From positions 3,038,001 through 3,102,000 of the forward strand of contig NC_092680.1 in the NCBI RefSeq assembly GCF_964355755.1: 64,000 nucleotides of DNA. Direction: 5' to 3'. This stretch comes from Antedon mediterranea (lineage: Eukaryota; Animalia; Echinodermata). The translations under genes and the position numbers were made by a program. The notes beneath the pieces are model-generated. The model saw nothing but the letters and a program-made list of their open reading frames with translations, searched no databases and was not told where the DNA came from. Below, in pieces: positions 13,501-35,700 of the stretch; positions within the stretch are counted from its first letter, which is position 1, and the number at the start of each line of letters is the position of its first letter.

Positions 13501-16500
13501 TCTGGCAAAATGTATTTATTGTGCAAAGTAGACTACAGTATCATCTGTCTTCCATACTGTGTACATATGTCCCTCTCAAAGAATATGATAAGAGGTGGGC
13601 CTAGGTAGCGGCGAACACTCAAAAGCGAAAAACAGTTTAGATGGAAATTATATCACCTGTTATTGTTAAACTGTGTAGAGCCACTCCCAGATTAAACTTT
13701 TAAAAAAAACTTTGGCTTTAGCGAATCAAGGAAGTAGTTTAAAATTACACAGACAAACGTCGGCAAAATTGTTATCAAGGTACTGTTCGACAACCACACA
13801 AAGGATGAAAGAAAATCTTGAAATTGTAACCATGTTTGTTAGTAGAAAAGTAAAGAAACACGACAATGTATACAATACTGTACTTTCCGCCAGTTTCTAT
13901 CTAGGGTCCTGTTTCTACTGCATAAAAATAACCGGTTAAAAACGGTGTGAATAAATTAACCCCAATGTCTTGGGAGCAGAAACAAGACAATTGACACTCT
14001 CACTACTAAGGACGATTAAAGCATATTGATTGAAACGTTAAGAAACTCAACAGTTCTTTTCAGAACTATTATATGTGGTGTACCGCAAACTTCATATCAA
14101 CAAACAAAGGTTGAAAGAAAATCTTGCAATTTTTAAGAATTTTCAACCAAAAACATGAAAAATAAGACTTTGAATAGCCCACTTCACAAATCAATAATTT
14201 GTCTTTATTACAACTTACATCAATATCGGATCCTTGTACACAATCCAACGCTGGTGTGAGATTCTTGCCTGCAAAAGCTGTTTTCATTCCCTCGCATTTT
14301 GCCTTTTCATTTGTTGAAATAGTACACCATGTAACTAAATAGATCAACAATCAAATTAATTGGAAATATATTTAACTACTAATGAAGTAAAAAACAAATT
14401 ATAAACACAGCCCTGAACAGTATTTTTTTAAGGATTTATTGAGTTTAAATAAAGAAAACAGACAATTTGAATGATATATTGTGCTGCTCATCACCAGTAG
14501 TAGCTTCCAATGAGTTTCTGCTGTTTTTGAGTATTTAAACTTTTATGAGTAAAACCATTATAAATAGGATTTATTTCACAGTTCAAACTAGTACAGTATA
14601 AAATCAAACTTAATTCTGTTTTAGTTACTGTAGTTATTCAATGTGATCGTAAGAGCAATTTTGGGATTTTTTCACTCGTTTAATTTTCACGTTGCTGTTC
14701 TATTGTTAGTCAACTGAAGCTATTGTTAATTGAAAGGCTTGTTAGAAAACCATTACATATACATACACATGCTTGTAGTGAAATTAGCTTAAATCAAGCA
14801 TTAAGACACACACTAAAATATATATATATTTTTTACCGGCGGAGGTATGCACTCTCGGAGTGGCTTTCTAGTTTAATAATATATTGTACATGGATGTCAA
14901 TTGTATCTACTGGTGAGTATTGCTATTGCATACAATTTAATTATCGTCCAGTTGGTGGAGTACCCGCTGCTTAGGGCTAGATATTTAACCTTTAGCCATC
15001 ATCAATTTGACACCATTTTTGCCATCATATTATATCAAAGACGGTTAATAATTTACAGTTTAAAACCTTGCCAGTACAATTCCGATTATGTAGATGTGTC
15101 AGTACAGTTAAAGCTAAAATGTGTATTTTAACAATGCAGAAATTATAATATCTTGGCAAGTACAGTAGGCCTATGCATTTATGCAGGCAGATTGTTTTTA
15201 CAATGGTGACATTAAAAATATGGTCATGATGGCAATTTCTTGTTGCTTTTTAACAGTCTATATGCAACAAATTCAAACTAAAATAGGTTTTCCAAACTAA
15301 AATCTAATAGAAAACTGGATTCCAGTTCGTGGAGTTGTGGCTTGGTGGTTATGATGCTTGGCTACCAATTCAAGGGTCCTGGGTTCAAGTCCTGTCATAA
15401 TATGTCAGGATTTTTCTAATGCCAAATTACAACTCCACTCCAAAATATTTGTAATAAGACTTTGTTTATGTAGAACAGGATTGCTACCTTTAGAAGGATA
15501 GTGAATGCATTCACTTATTATGGTTATCCTTGGCAATTTGCCTTAAATAATATAAAAAAAGTAAAAATTTTCTGCAAAAAATGACCATCCAACAACAAGT
15601 CTATTCAATTTACTGCTCTATTGCATCAATATCCTGTATTACAGTAGATCTCACTGTTCTTATTTCTTTATAAGCACAGCACCAAATTTGCATCAACCCT
15701 GTAGGGTCTTGGACGGGAAGCTACAACTTGCACATGGGGCCACAGCAGGAACTGAAAATGATTGGTTGATTTTTAATGCAGTCTAAAATAATGCCTTAAG
15801 CGGTAAAGATACAATGAAGCCATCAAAATGCGTGTAATCTTATTGTACTAAAAAAACTCGCTTAATAATAATATATACATCTTACATCGACCAATTTTAT
15901 TTTAACCTACAGGCTGTACTGTACCTCTTTCAGGGTTGTAGCTAAGAATTGTTGAGGGTGGAAAAAAAAATTGTGAGGGTGGTTTTTTACTAAGCTTGCA
16001 AGCCCCTGAAAAAATTTGCTATATTGACCTTTATAAGACTCATTTTAATGATGGTTTATATGTGTAATTTTTTACATTTTTTTATATTAATAATATTATC
16101 ATTGTTCAGGTGAATGATTTTAATAAAGCAAAACATTACTTTTACCATGGACGTAATTATACGTACCTCCCGGTTTATACCTCCATGTATGTATGTATGT
16201 ATGTATGTGTAGGCCTACCATTTGGACCTAAACATAACTGCCTTTGTGGTTACCTTGCCCCTGAAGAACGCCTAGGCCTAGCTAGCTTGCATGAATTAAA
16301 TAAATTTGTTCGATTTAGCCGAGAATATTTTTTCAAGATAAAAACCTCTTATTGATATTCATGCCGCACAACAACCACGTAGAAAAACATCACGATGTAC
16401 TTACATGAACGAACGTACATTTCGCCAGGTCTGCGGCCTGGGCGATGAATGATCTAGGCTATCATCCGAGCCATACTACAGTATACTCGCGCTAATGATG

Positions 16501-19500
16501 TAATTCACAAAATAAAAAATAATAACAGTACAAGATATATAGTATGTTTCAATTCAATGTTTTTTTAATAAATACACGTAGTCGGGAAGTTACTCCACAA
16601 AGCAGTCGGCGTGGAACGGTTGATTAGCCTACAGTTTAATTCGCCGTTTTTTTTAAATATTCTCCACGATTCATTCATACAGAGATGATAAGAAAATCGC
16701 GCACAGCATGCATGCAAAGCTAGCAAGCTGCATGCTAGCAAAGATAGTGTAGATGTTCACTCAAGTGGAACTTGGGCGTACCGTCCAATCAGCATTAAGT
16801 ACATGACAGTTCTGCTTGGTTGATTTTCAAAGCTGTGTGTTTTGTGTGCTAGGCTAGCTGCATTGTGTGATGTGAGCTTGCCCGATATTTCGCGGAAAAA
16901 AAAGGAATTTAGGGTGGGCGGACAGGTACGTCTGACGCTGGGCGGAAGGCCTTAAAATTAGCTTTAGACTGGGCGGGAGGCTTTTAGGCAGGGCGGCCCC
17001 GCCCGGCTCCGCCCTGCACAATTACATCCCTGCTCTTTAGAGAGTACAGATATATTCATGATGTAGTACATTGATAGGGAGTTTAAAAATATAACCATAA
17101 TGTTACTTTTACTTTTATTTGATTGTGCGCTTGCAACATGACATTGCAATTCTTTCTTCGTTTGATGGTTAATATTGGTATCCTATCCACACTACAGTCA
17201 ACTATTGTAGAATATAAATAATAATCAACAAATGAAATAATTGTACTTTGATGAGTTTGAGACCCACCAGTGAATTAAACTTGCATGTAAAATTACATGG
17301 CATTTGGTTGCAAAACTAACTAGTCTCTTGTCTTTTAAGGCGAGCAAGTGCGATCACTCACCTAATACACTCCTAAACTGCCCTTGTTTGAGGTGTGCGA
17401 TTTACAACACGCTTAAATTTGGTAAAATTCTACACACCAAAATACAAACAGCACACCTACAGCACTCCTGAATGTATAAGAAGTGCAATTTGTAGCACAC
17501 CTATAATTTTAAAAAGACAAGGCCTGAGTCTCGTTTAGTGTAGGCCTACCCAAAAGTCTCATTGCTATTATGTCTGCCAATGTATACTCTATCACTTTCG
17601 TGCAGAAATTTAAATTGATTGGTCAGCTTTTTGCCCTACTCAGTGGCAGATCTAGCGGGGGGGGGGGGGGGGCATGTGGGGCGTACGCCCCTATTTTTTA
17701 AAGATTTTTTTTTTTTTAAATTAAATAGATTTTAAAAACACGTATCGTTTCGACGGTCATTTTCATAGTGAAAATAGTACGTCGGAGCACATCGTCAGCT
17801 TGATCGCATGCCACCAAGCATGTACGTCGACATCCTTTGTGTACTATCAATCTCTAGCGTTACCAACGATCATTCACAGTTAAGTGTAAAAGGAGCAAGT
17901 TGATAAAAGCCACGTGGTGAGCTTGGTCGCGTCCTACTAAGCAGGTCGGCATCCTTTGTGATCGTCACTCCCGTATTGTAGAGTAGCGGTACCTCCGACG
18001 ATCAATAGAGTTTATGAAGTCACATGGTCAGTGCTACTATACTACAGTAGGCGCCCATTTATTAAGTACAATAAAAACAAAGGCTAGGACTGTAGTGCCT
18101 ATGAAAATTATCCCGTTATGTTTTAATAAAATATAGGCCTAACGGGCTACATATTACTATTAAAATATTAACAATGCTGCAGCATTTCATGACCCTTGTT
18201 GTTTTATTTGCTTTTCCGTCGATGATTCTCATAAACAAATCGCGATGACAAAAGGTGTTTTGTTTTTTTCAAATCACTAAATATAATGTAATGATGATCG
18301 AGCCGGACCGCTAATTTTTAAATGATCGTCGGTCGTTGAATATGCCGTGATTTTATTTGTCAAAAACATGATCGTCAGTCGATGGCTCGGAGTTTCGATA
18401 AATCTCGCGTCGCATGTGTTACGTGGTGGTGGAAAACACTCTCGGCAAGTTTCCTTCATTAATATGCATTAACGTGACGTCATTTTACTTTAGCTGCATG
18501 GATGGATGCGAAGAAGTAGTCGCCGTGATCGACCCGGCGCACGTGTAAGAAAATAATACCGGCCTAGGCTAGGACAAGTTTATGCTTATATAAAAGCTGA
18601 AAAACATCGTCGCGTTGTAAAAATATAGATGTAAAGTACAGGCAAGTTGTTAGCTTGCTTTGGTGGCCTAGGTAAGTATCAGCTGCATGTTCCACATGTC
18701 GTAATTTGCGAGCTTTAGAGTGTTTGGTAAATGACATTACGAGATGTTTGTAAATCGTTTTAAACGACTTACAATGCGCTAGAACGCCAACGCTTCGCTC
18801 GATAAGCTACGCCACCCCTATTTCAAAATCCTGGATCCGCCCCTGCTACTGTGACGCAAGTTTAGTTCGATGAGTTCAAGACCCACCAATGAAAATATAT
18901 GGTATTGGGTTGCAAAGATATATTGTACTAGAAAGTGACTCGGCAATTTATGTATTGTACGGTACTCTCTTAAACATGCTATGGTCCATTCAATTTCAAC
19001 TAAAGACAAATGCTATCCAATACCTTTTCTAGGAAGGGCCAAGGAAAAACTATTATGAATGTATGGATAAATTCACTCAACCAAATAAAAGCAGCTTCAA
19101 TATGGCATTTCCATCAGTTCTTGTTCAGTGTATGTGTGACATCGCTATTATTCTGCTAATGATAATCTCTCAAACCTTTCATATTAAACATTTAGGAAAC
19201 TATGTAATCCTTTTCCAGAATTTAAATTGTAAAATAGTAGATCTAAATTAATTTATATATATGTATATATCCAATCTGCAGACAGTACTGTTTCGATCTT
19301 ATAAGATCTCGTCAGTGCAGCTTAGGTTTCGAAATGAAATGTACCGCAGAACTGGCACAATATATAGGCCGAGCAACGAGCGTGCTTTGCAAAATGCTAA
19401 TAGTATTCACAACAAAAATGCACCGTATAATAATATATTATCCAATCTGAATTTTTGCTTAATTTAACATTTCAATTATTTTCTATATTTCAAATTTTCT

Positions 19501-20600
19501 TATTCAAATTTTTAGTCTTGTGTAATTAATTTTATTTGTTGGTTTTGGTTTTTCTTTTACTTTCTGTTTTTGTTGTATTTTGTATATTTTATCTGTTCTG
19601 AGGGTCCTAAATGATCAGCAAATGCTGGATGGATCACCATCATTAAATATGGTTAAAATAAAAGTAAATAAAATAAATAAACATAAGTTTCAACAGGCAC
19701 TAACACATCATACACACTGATAAACTTGTTTGTGTTGTAGATTAATTCTGTACATGAATCTATTATGTTTAGAGAAAATGTTCACATGATCAAAACATGA
19801 CAATAAATGTTCAGTTTATAATTGATTTTTTACTTGCTGACGTTTACGTGCTGATCATTTTTACTTTAATTAATATGAGTTAAGTAGATTGATTACACAC
19901 TGAAACACACATACTGATGCAGATTCATTCTGTACATTAATCTATAATTATGTTTAGTAAAAATGTTCACATGATTAAAACATGACATTAAATGTTAAGG
20001 AATTTTTTTTAGAAAATGGCTTACGTGCTGATCATTTTGACTTTATCAATATAATCAGTTAAGTAGATTACACTGAGTATTTTATGAATATGAACTTGAG
20101 TCAGATTCAGGGGCCATGCCCCAAAAAACAACAAAGGAAAAGAGAAGAATGAAATAGCTAGAAAGTGGAGGAGAAAGAGAAACATACAAAATACTTGTAT
20201 CACCATAAACATAATTTTACAGGACACATTATCTTATTAAATGTTTTTTTTTTTTTTATTGTGCTGAAAAACACGTCTGCAGATTCTAGGCCTAAATTAA
20301 TAGAATAGAGATGCTTGAAAACTACGTACCTACACAACCAGGCCCAACCACGTTCATAATAGCTACTAAATAGTGATCACCATGTCACATGTGGTGATAC
20401 CGGCCGGGCATAAGCATGATTGGCCGGTTCGGTACTTGCAAGGATTGTTGTCTACAGACTGCAGCAGCAGTCTAGTAGTGAGAGGCCTAGCAGATATTAA
20501 ATTGAAAATTAATTAAACAAACGTTAACCTTACCTGATTGAGTTACTTTTACATGAATCAGACCCAGACAGAACAAGATAACCAAACAATGCTGCATCAT
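1560..20600 (-). CDS. MELTF: Melanotransferrin-like, bilobal GPI-anchored transferrin (~746 aa, 13 coding exons)
   Basis: Phase-consistent exons: 20534-20600 (signal peptide [22 protein letters not shown]), 14219-14334 (VTWCTIS), 11040-11160 (ITLDGGDIY), 9890-10108 ([14 protein letters not shown]), 8935-9067, 8359-8539 ([14 protein letters not shown]), 7800-7883 (VPGHAVV), 5041-5203, 4512-4676, 3430-3726, 2770-2932, 2183-2447, 1560-1826. Total 2241 nt. Two transferrin lobes plus a C-terminal small-residue/hydrophobic GPI-type signal ([26 protein letters not shown]). Confidence 0.93.
2038..2165. mobile_element. Degenerate MITE family 1 copy
   Basis: ctatcaaacttta...atcactaccatatttgggcacatca; ends degraded. 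Confidence 0.55.
3065..3254. mobile_element. hAT-like MITE
   Basis: TIRs cagtggtgtaac / gttacaccactg; flanks attcatat / attcaaat (7/8 match to an 8-bp TSD). Confidence 0.7.
5538..5782. mobile_element. Harbinger-like MITE, family 2
   Basis: tta|agcctggtttccat...atggaaagcaggct|tta; internally palindromic. Confidence 0.7.
5795..6785. repeat. Intronic minisatellite, 96-bp unit, ~10 copies (MELTF intron 7)
   Basis: Unit aatcttgcaagttacattttaatattgtctttgtttattaatgctgtatgggccccaataccttgcaaaacctttctgcaaggaccaataaaatgg; copies start at 5821, 5916, 6012 and onward. Confidence 0.95.
8241..8350. mobile_element. MITE family 1 copy, inverted and partly deleted
   Basis: ctagtttgacaaaa..gtgtgatgtgcccaaatatggtag..gtttgatagtgtgg. 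Confidence 0.65.
8713..8847. mobile_element. MITE family 1 copy
   Basis: agctctgtcta...agtttgatagtgtggacagagct. Confidence 0.75.
9629..9843. mobile_element. MITE family 1 copy with an expanded internal repeat
   Basis: Same TIRs; five internal actaccatatttgggcat-like units. Confidence 0.75.
10371..10653. mobile_element. MITE with ~16-bp TIRs, possibly Kolobok-like
   Basis: ttca|agatgtattgtcccc ... ggggacaatacatct|ttaa. Confidence 0.55.
13140..13260. mobile_element. MITE family 1 copy
   Basis: agccttgtcaacactatcaaact...tttgatagtgtaaacagagct. Confidence 0.75.
15330..15560 (+). mobile_element. tRNA-derived SINE-like element
   Basis: Box A-like tggcttggtgg and box B ggttcaagtcc ~45 nt apart, A-rich end, no intact cloverleaf. 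Similar degenerate heads at ~37965-38035 (+) and ~45350-45422 (-). Confidence 0.5.
17641..18845. mobile_element. Non-autonomous DNA transposon (hAT-like termini, 5-bp TSD) in MELTF intron 1
   Basis: ctact|cagtggcagatctag ... ctggatccgcccctg|ctact. A shorter relative lies at ~26614-26733. Confidence 0.65.
19690..20080. repeat. Local tandem duplication, ~180-bp unit
   Basis: ttctgtaca..atctat..atgtttag..aaaatgttcacatgat..aaaacatgaca at ~19746 and ~19928; ttacgtgctgatcatttt at ~19843 and ~20021. Confidence 0.7.
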
Positions 20601-20679
20601 GCCTTTGAGACAGTTCCCAATCACTAAATAACCTCTTAAGTCTGTGTTATATTAAAAATGCAAGAATGTCAGGTCCACA

Positions 20680-20717
20680 CACGTGCTTTTATCAGCGTCT
20701 GAACACGTGTTCAGACG
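20680..20717. promoter_or_regulatory. Two CACGTG E-boxes, one inside a perfect 22-bp palindrome, ~80-120 bp upstream of the MELTF ATG
   Basis: CACGTG at 20680-20685; CGTCTGAACACGTGTTCAGACG at 20696-20717. Confidence 0.45.
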
Positions 20718-21840
20718 AAGACTCCTCCCCTTTTTGGTAGCGTATCTCTATCTCCGCCGTGGGCTAATTTAAGATGTTGGTTGAAACCATTTTGTTATAG
20801 GGTGCAGTGATTTCTAATGGGCAAATATTTAAGTAGCCATAATTATGCAGGCTGATAGTAGGGAGTAGGCCTATATGTTTAATTAAATTTCATATTATCA
20901 TCACCATTTTCAACACAATCCACTAGAGACTAGATGAGGGATTAGTTAAGTATTAAAAGATTATGGATAGACTGTCAATAGACAACTCCTTGTAACTATG
21001 AATCCGGATAGCTCTATGCTTAGTCAGGAAATGATATACATGATCCGGGATAGACTTGGACAGGGAGACCTGGAAGTTTTGAAGTGAAGGCCATGAAGAC
21101 ATATCACACTATAGATAAATAAACCTGAAGGGGGACATCAGCTGTATACAAACTCTAGTGTGATGTCCTGCTTATTGGATAATGATCCAGATCCAGATAC
21201 TAATGCTTTTCCAGTTTGTTATGGGTGGGGGTTATTTATTTATTAATTTCAGTGAAACATAAAAGGGAACACTGTGGAGAGACCAGAGCTGTCAAAGGCG
21301 ATAGCCAAAGGGTGTAAAAACTACATTATATGAAATAACTCAACATGAGAACAAAAGAAAATACCATTAATTATAATAATTATAATTTATTACCAAAGTA
21401 TCATATATTATATTTTACATTTATTTAAAATCGAAAACCTTTTGTATCACTCCATAAATGTTCCGTCATCATTTTGTACATTTTTCTACTGGCAAGATTG
21501 ATTTCTTTGACCCAAGGAAGCGAGTACATGTAGGGCAAAATATATGACCAATTAATTTAGCCCTCTGACCCAAAGCTACTTTTACAACAGTGGTTGACAG
21601 GTATGAACACCAGGCTTATAATCTAGAGGCCATGGGTGCGAGCCCTACCCGAGAATTACTTACAATATTTCTCAATTAAGTGTTCTCAATGTCAGAGTTG
21701 GGCAAAACATCTAAAACATTGACTTACTGCTCCGATTTAAACCTACTTTCTATACGAATTCTGAATTGGCGTAAAGAAGTATATTAAAGTGTAGTGCATC
21801 TACCATTATTTAGTATGTACTATACATTATATGTTAAATT

Positions 21841-31486
<9,646 letters not shown>

Positions 31487-32795
31487 GTTTTTAACCAAAT
31501 CGTTCTTGACTGTCTTCTTGCCAACAATAGTGTAGTCTAGTAGCTACTACACTATCTTTGATCGCATGCATGAGCGGACACACACGTGCGAGACGTACGT
31601 TTCCCTGGAACTATGGAACGCCAGGAGAGCTGAACATTAGAAGACGAGGCAGGCCTACTACCAACATCACTTGATTAGGCCAAGTGCAATTTATGAGGAC
31701 CAAGCAGCTCTAAATTTTCTTAGCTCCCAAACCACGACCACCTTATCCCCAAAGTGTTAGCCAGCGAGGCATGCAGTTCATGCATTTAACTCGAGCCATG
31801 ATGACGGTAATTCACTGAACAGAAATCTAAAATACAAACAGTGCGAGCCATACACAAAAGCCTAATTTTAATATTTGTACAATTCATAAAACAATTACAA
31901 TAACAGAGATATAATAAATAATATAATTAATATCTCTATGCAATAACGAATCAGTCGACTGATTTAACCGGTCATCTTGTTTTAGCAGGGCCTACATTAA
32001 ATAGAATGCCAAATGGTTAAATGAACCAAAAACCAATTTGAGGCTAATTAATTTTGATGTGACAGAAGACCTTTTTGATAGTGTAGACATAGCTTTAGCC
32101 TGGCGCCTATAAAAGCTATAAAGATCAGTTTTTTAATATTTCTATCACTAATTTGCAGGGTTTATCGATCCGTTAGGTCATCAGCATTTTAGTAAACTTT
32201 TAGCTAAGTTATAATTGTTCCCTAATGTTCCTAGATCGTATACGATATCGCAATTTGATCATAATGCTTTAATAAATTATTGGTAAATTACGGTACGTGA
32301 TATCACCTTTCAACTTTTAGACCATGAAATTTCGCACTTTTATATATACAATAACAATAATATGTATTAATGACGTTTAATGGGTGGTGACAATATAAAA
32401 TTATAACAATACGGTATATTATTATTAACTAATTCATTACTTTATTTTGTATAGTTATCAGCAGTATAGTGAACTATCTTTTTCCGAGTTATAATTGTGC
32501 ATATTGTCCCAGTACTATAAAATACTGAAATTCGACCATGTTATTAGTAAATTATTTGTTAATTACAAATACACAGCCTTACTTTACTTACATACAATCA
32601 TACAGTGATATCGGTATCGTGTACGTTGAGTTATTAATTATGATAGTAATATAATTATAGTCTTTATTAGTTTGAAAATAATGTAAGCCTACAAATTTGA
32701 TTTATCACTATTTGCTTATTTGGTTACGTTAGTCGTTTCATCTGCTCTTTGTCGAAACATTTTTTCAGAGCTAACAAGTCGTCAAACATTGCATA

Positions 32796-35700
32796 ATGGT
32801 CGATCATTTATCAATAAATATGCATATTTGTCGCCTATTTTGTATTTCTATAATTCTTAGTGTTGACTTTCGTATTTGCAGTGGTAAGTTTGTTGTATTG
32901 TTTTATAAAATTATTAGATCGTTTTTACGCAAACATTAATCGTTTTCTGCTTCTTGAAAATGACTTAATTCCATCTGGCCTGTTATCGGAGATTCCGCTA
33001 TAATAATACCTTAGGTACCTTAGTGATTTGTATTGGTTTTTTTAAGTTATCAACACGCATGCATGTGAAAAATAGTAATCGATTAAATAAAATTAAAAAA
33101 ATAAATAAATAAAAAACATAATCCCGACTAAAATGCCAAAGATTTAAAGCATTTTATTATTCACTTCGAACAAAAATGTTCCAAGTTTTTATATCAAGAA
33201 AACGCACATTCTAGTATTAATTCGATCCTTCTATTTCTTTTTATAGGAGAGTGTTTTTCTCAACTTGGGATGGAATCAGGAGACATTCAAGAACAACAAA
33301 TCGTTGTATCAAGCGCCTTTCAGAATGACGCATCTTTTGGTCCACAAGGTGCAAGGCTAAATTCCGTTTCCCATAATGGTAATGGCGGCGGATGGGGCCC
33401 GTCAATAAATGACACCGACCAACCATGGATTTACGTGGATCTTGAAGAAACGATGAGAGTTACTGGAGTCATAACACAAGGACGACATAGTTCGAGTGAG
33501 AACCAGTGGGTCAAAACATTCTTGTTTTGCTATAAAGAAACACTTCCTAGTTCGCATCCATATACCATTATTACTAGTGAAGATTGTTTCAATGTAAGTA
33601 AAAAATGAAACAAAATTGCACAAATAAAACATGATTGATTATTATATGCCTATCATATCAGGCAAATAAATTTGATCATGTCTCTCCTATGCTTGCACAC
33701 CTTCACTGGTTGCCTGTCAAAGAGCGTATAACAGTACAAGATTGCAAGTGTCTTTATATGCTCTACGTTATCGTAACAAACGTATTAAACAATGTGTCCC
33801 ACTATGCAAAGGTCTGTGTTCTGAAACGGGTCCTTTTATTAAAACCACCTAGAACCAATCTAAAATCCGTGCCTAATGCACTCACGCACCAGAGATATGG
33901 AACCAACTTCCTCGTTCCATCCGTCAATTCAAATCCCTCCTGAAAACTCACCTATTTCAATAGTTATTATGTTGCGCTGTGAGACTCAGGTAAAGAGCGC
34001 TTTATTATTATGTTTTGTTTGAAGGTTTGCATGGCGAAATCAAATGTTGAGATATAAAGTTGATAGAGGTTTTCTCACTCCTGCGGACGATCAAAGCATA
34101 TTGATTGAAACGTCGAGTAACTCAACAGTTCTTTTCAGAACTAATATACGTGTACCGCAAACAATTAATATATAAAGTTTACTGTGAGGTTAAAACGGGT
34201 ATAATCGAACAATCACTATTATTATGTCATTGAACGGCAAACGCATGAATGTGTGATATTGTTTTTGGTAGATATTTACTGGCAACACCGACAACAATAG
34301 TCCAGTTGTGAATTTTCTTCCTTATGGAATCGAAGTCCAACTCGTCGTTATCATCCCAACGATATGGTCAGACCACCCTGTAATGCGATTTGAAATTCTA
34401 GGCTGCTCAGGTAAATATAACAATTATTATACGAATGCAAACGTTTCGTATCATTTCAAATAATGTTTATTTTAAAGAAAAATATTTGAGAAGAAAAATA
34501 TGTGAGAATTTATGAAATGAAATTTTATGTGTTCTTTTAATTTATTATGTTATGTTTTATTTAGTATATACTCTAGGCGTTGATTTTAGTTCTGATGATT
34601 AGAATAGTACTCTCGACATATGTCACGGTATTTTAAAACAGTTTGCCTGTTCATCAAATGCCTTACAATTTCTATTTTAACCCGAAAGTTTGGTGGCCTA
34701 TCTACGTGTTACTCTACTTCTTTCTAGATGACTTGCGGTAGTCAGTTAAACTCTATCTAGTGAAAACTTCAGAATCGGGTGTTTTCGACATATCTATCTT
34801 CGTTCTTAAAGCCAATCATTATCGGCTTTGATTTCATCCGCACCTCTGTTGCTATAATTTGTTTCAGTTTCAGAATATAATGATGACTTTATTGAAGAAA
34901 ATTCGATTCAATCAACAGTAAATTACATTGATAATGTTAAGGAAATGAAGCGTTTAGAGTTTATGGAGATAGATAGAAAAGTTGGCGGCGAAAAGCGTTT
35001 TACTGAACCAGGTAAAAATAATATTTTGTAATAACGTTTCACACACTTAAGATATGACGTCATTTACAGAACGAAAGACGGCATCGTGTTGTTTTAAATA
35101 ATGGAAATCGTCTTCCGTTCCGTGACAGAATACGAATGTAGCCCGGAATGTAGCTTGAAGCAGTAAAGAACAAACATGGTTAAACAATATACCTGCACGA
35201 AGGAATATAGTGCTTTCCAAAAGCTTGACACTCTCCTTTTCGTCTGGTCTAACATGAAGGTATAAAACCCCATTCAGATCCTGTCACTGGTACTTAAGGC
35301 AAAAAAAGTAGGCCCTATTGTCATTTTTTACAATAATTTGCAATTGGAATAATGTTTTTGATATATTCACAGTGGAGGAAGTTTTGCTATGGACATCTAG
35401 TAGGTCTACTGATGATGGAATTGTTTCATTGAATATAAGCGAAACATTAATTCAACTCGATCCTGCTAGTCTAGATGGTACGGTAAAGGCATCCTGTTAC
35501 TGAAAATTAGACAGGGACATGTTTGATCATGGACAAATTAACTTATTTCTCCATAGTTTGATTAAAATCTCAATATTCTATCAAATCAATTTTTTTAAAT
35601 TTGATTTTTAAGAACTTTTTATTGTAGGCCTAACTTAAATTATTTTAATTACTGTATTTTAAATACTTTTTAATAATTCATTATCACCTTCGTACTATTT

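Noticed and set aside
15330-15400. Functional tRNA gene
   Set aside because: A and B boxes are present but the stems do not form a proper cloverleaf; treated as a SINE head, as were similar motifs at ~21590, ~37965 and ~45350.
16670-16734. Signal-peptide-like [18 protein letters not shown] (minus strand) as MELTF exon 1
   Set aside because: Its donor would be phase 2 while exon 2 needs phase 1; the exon at 20534-20600 fits with a strong donor.
20880-21240. Possible coding exon or LINE remnant between MELTF and TGS1
   Set aside because: No sustained ORF or recognisable motif that I could support.
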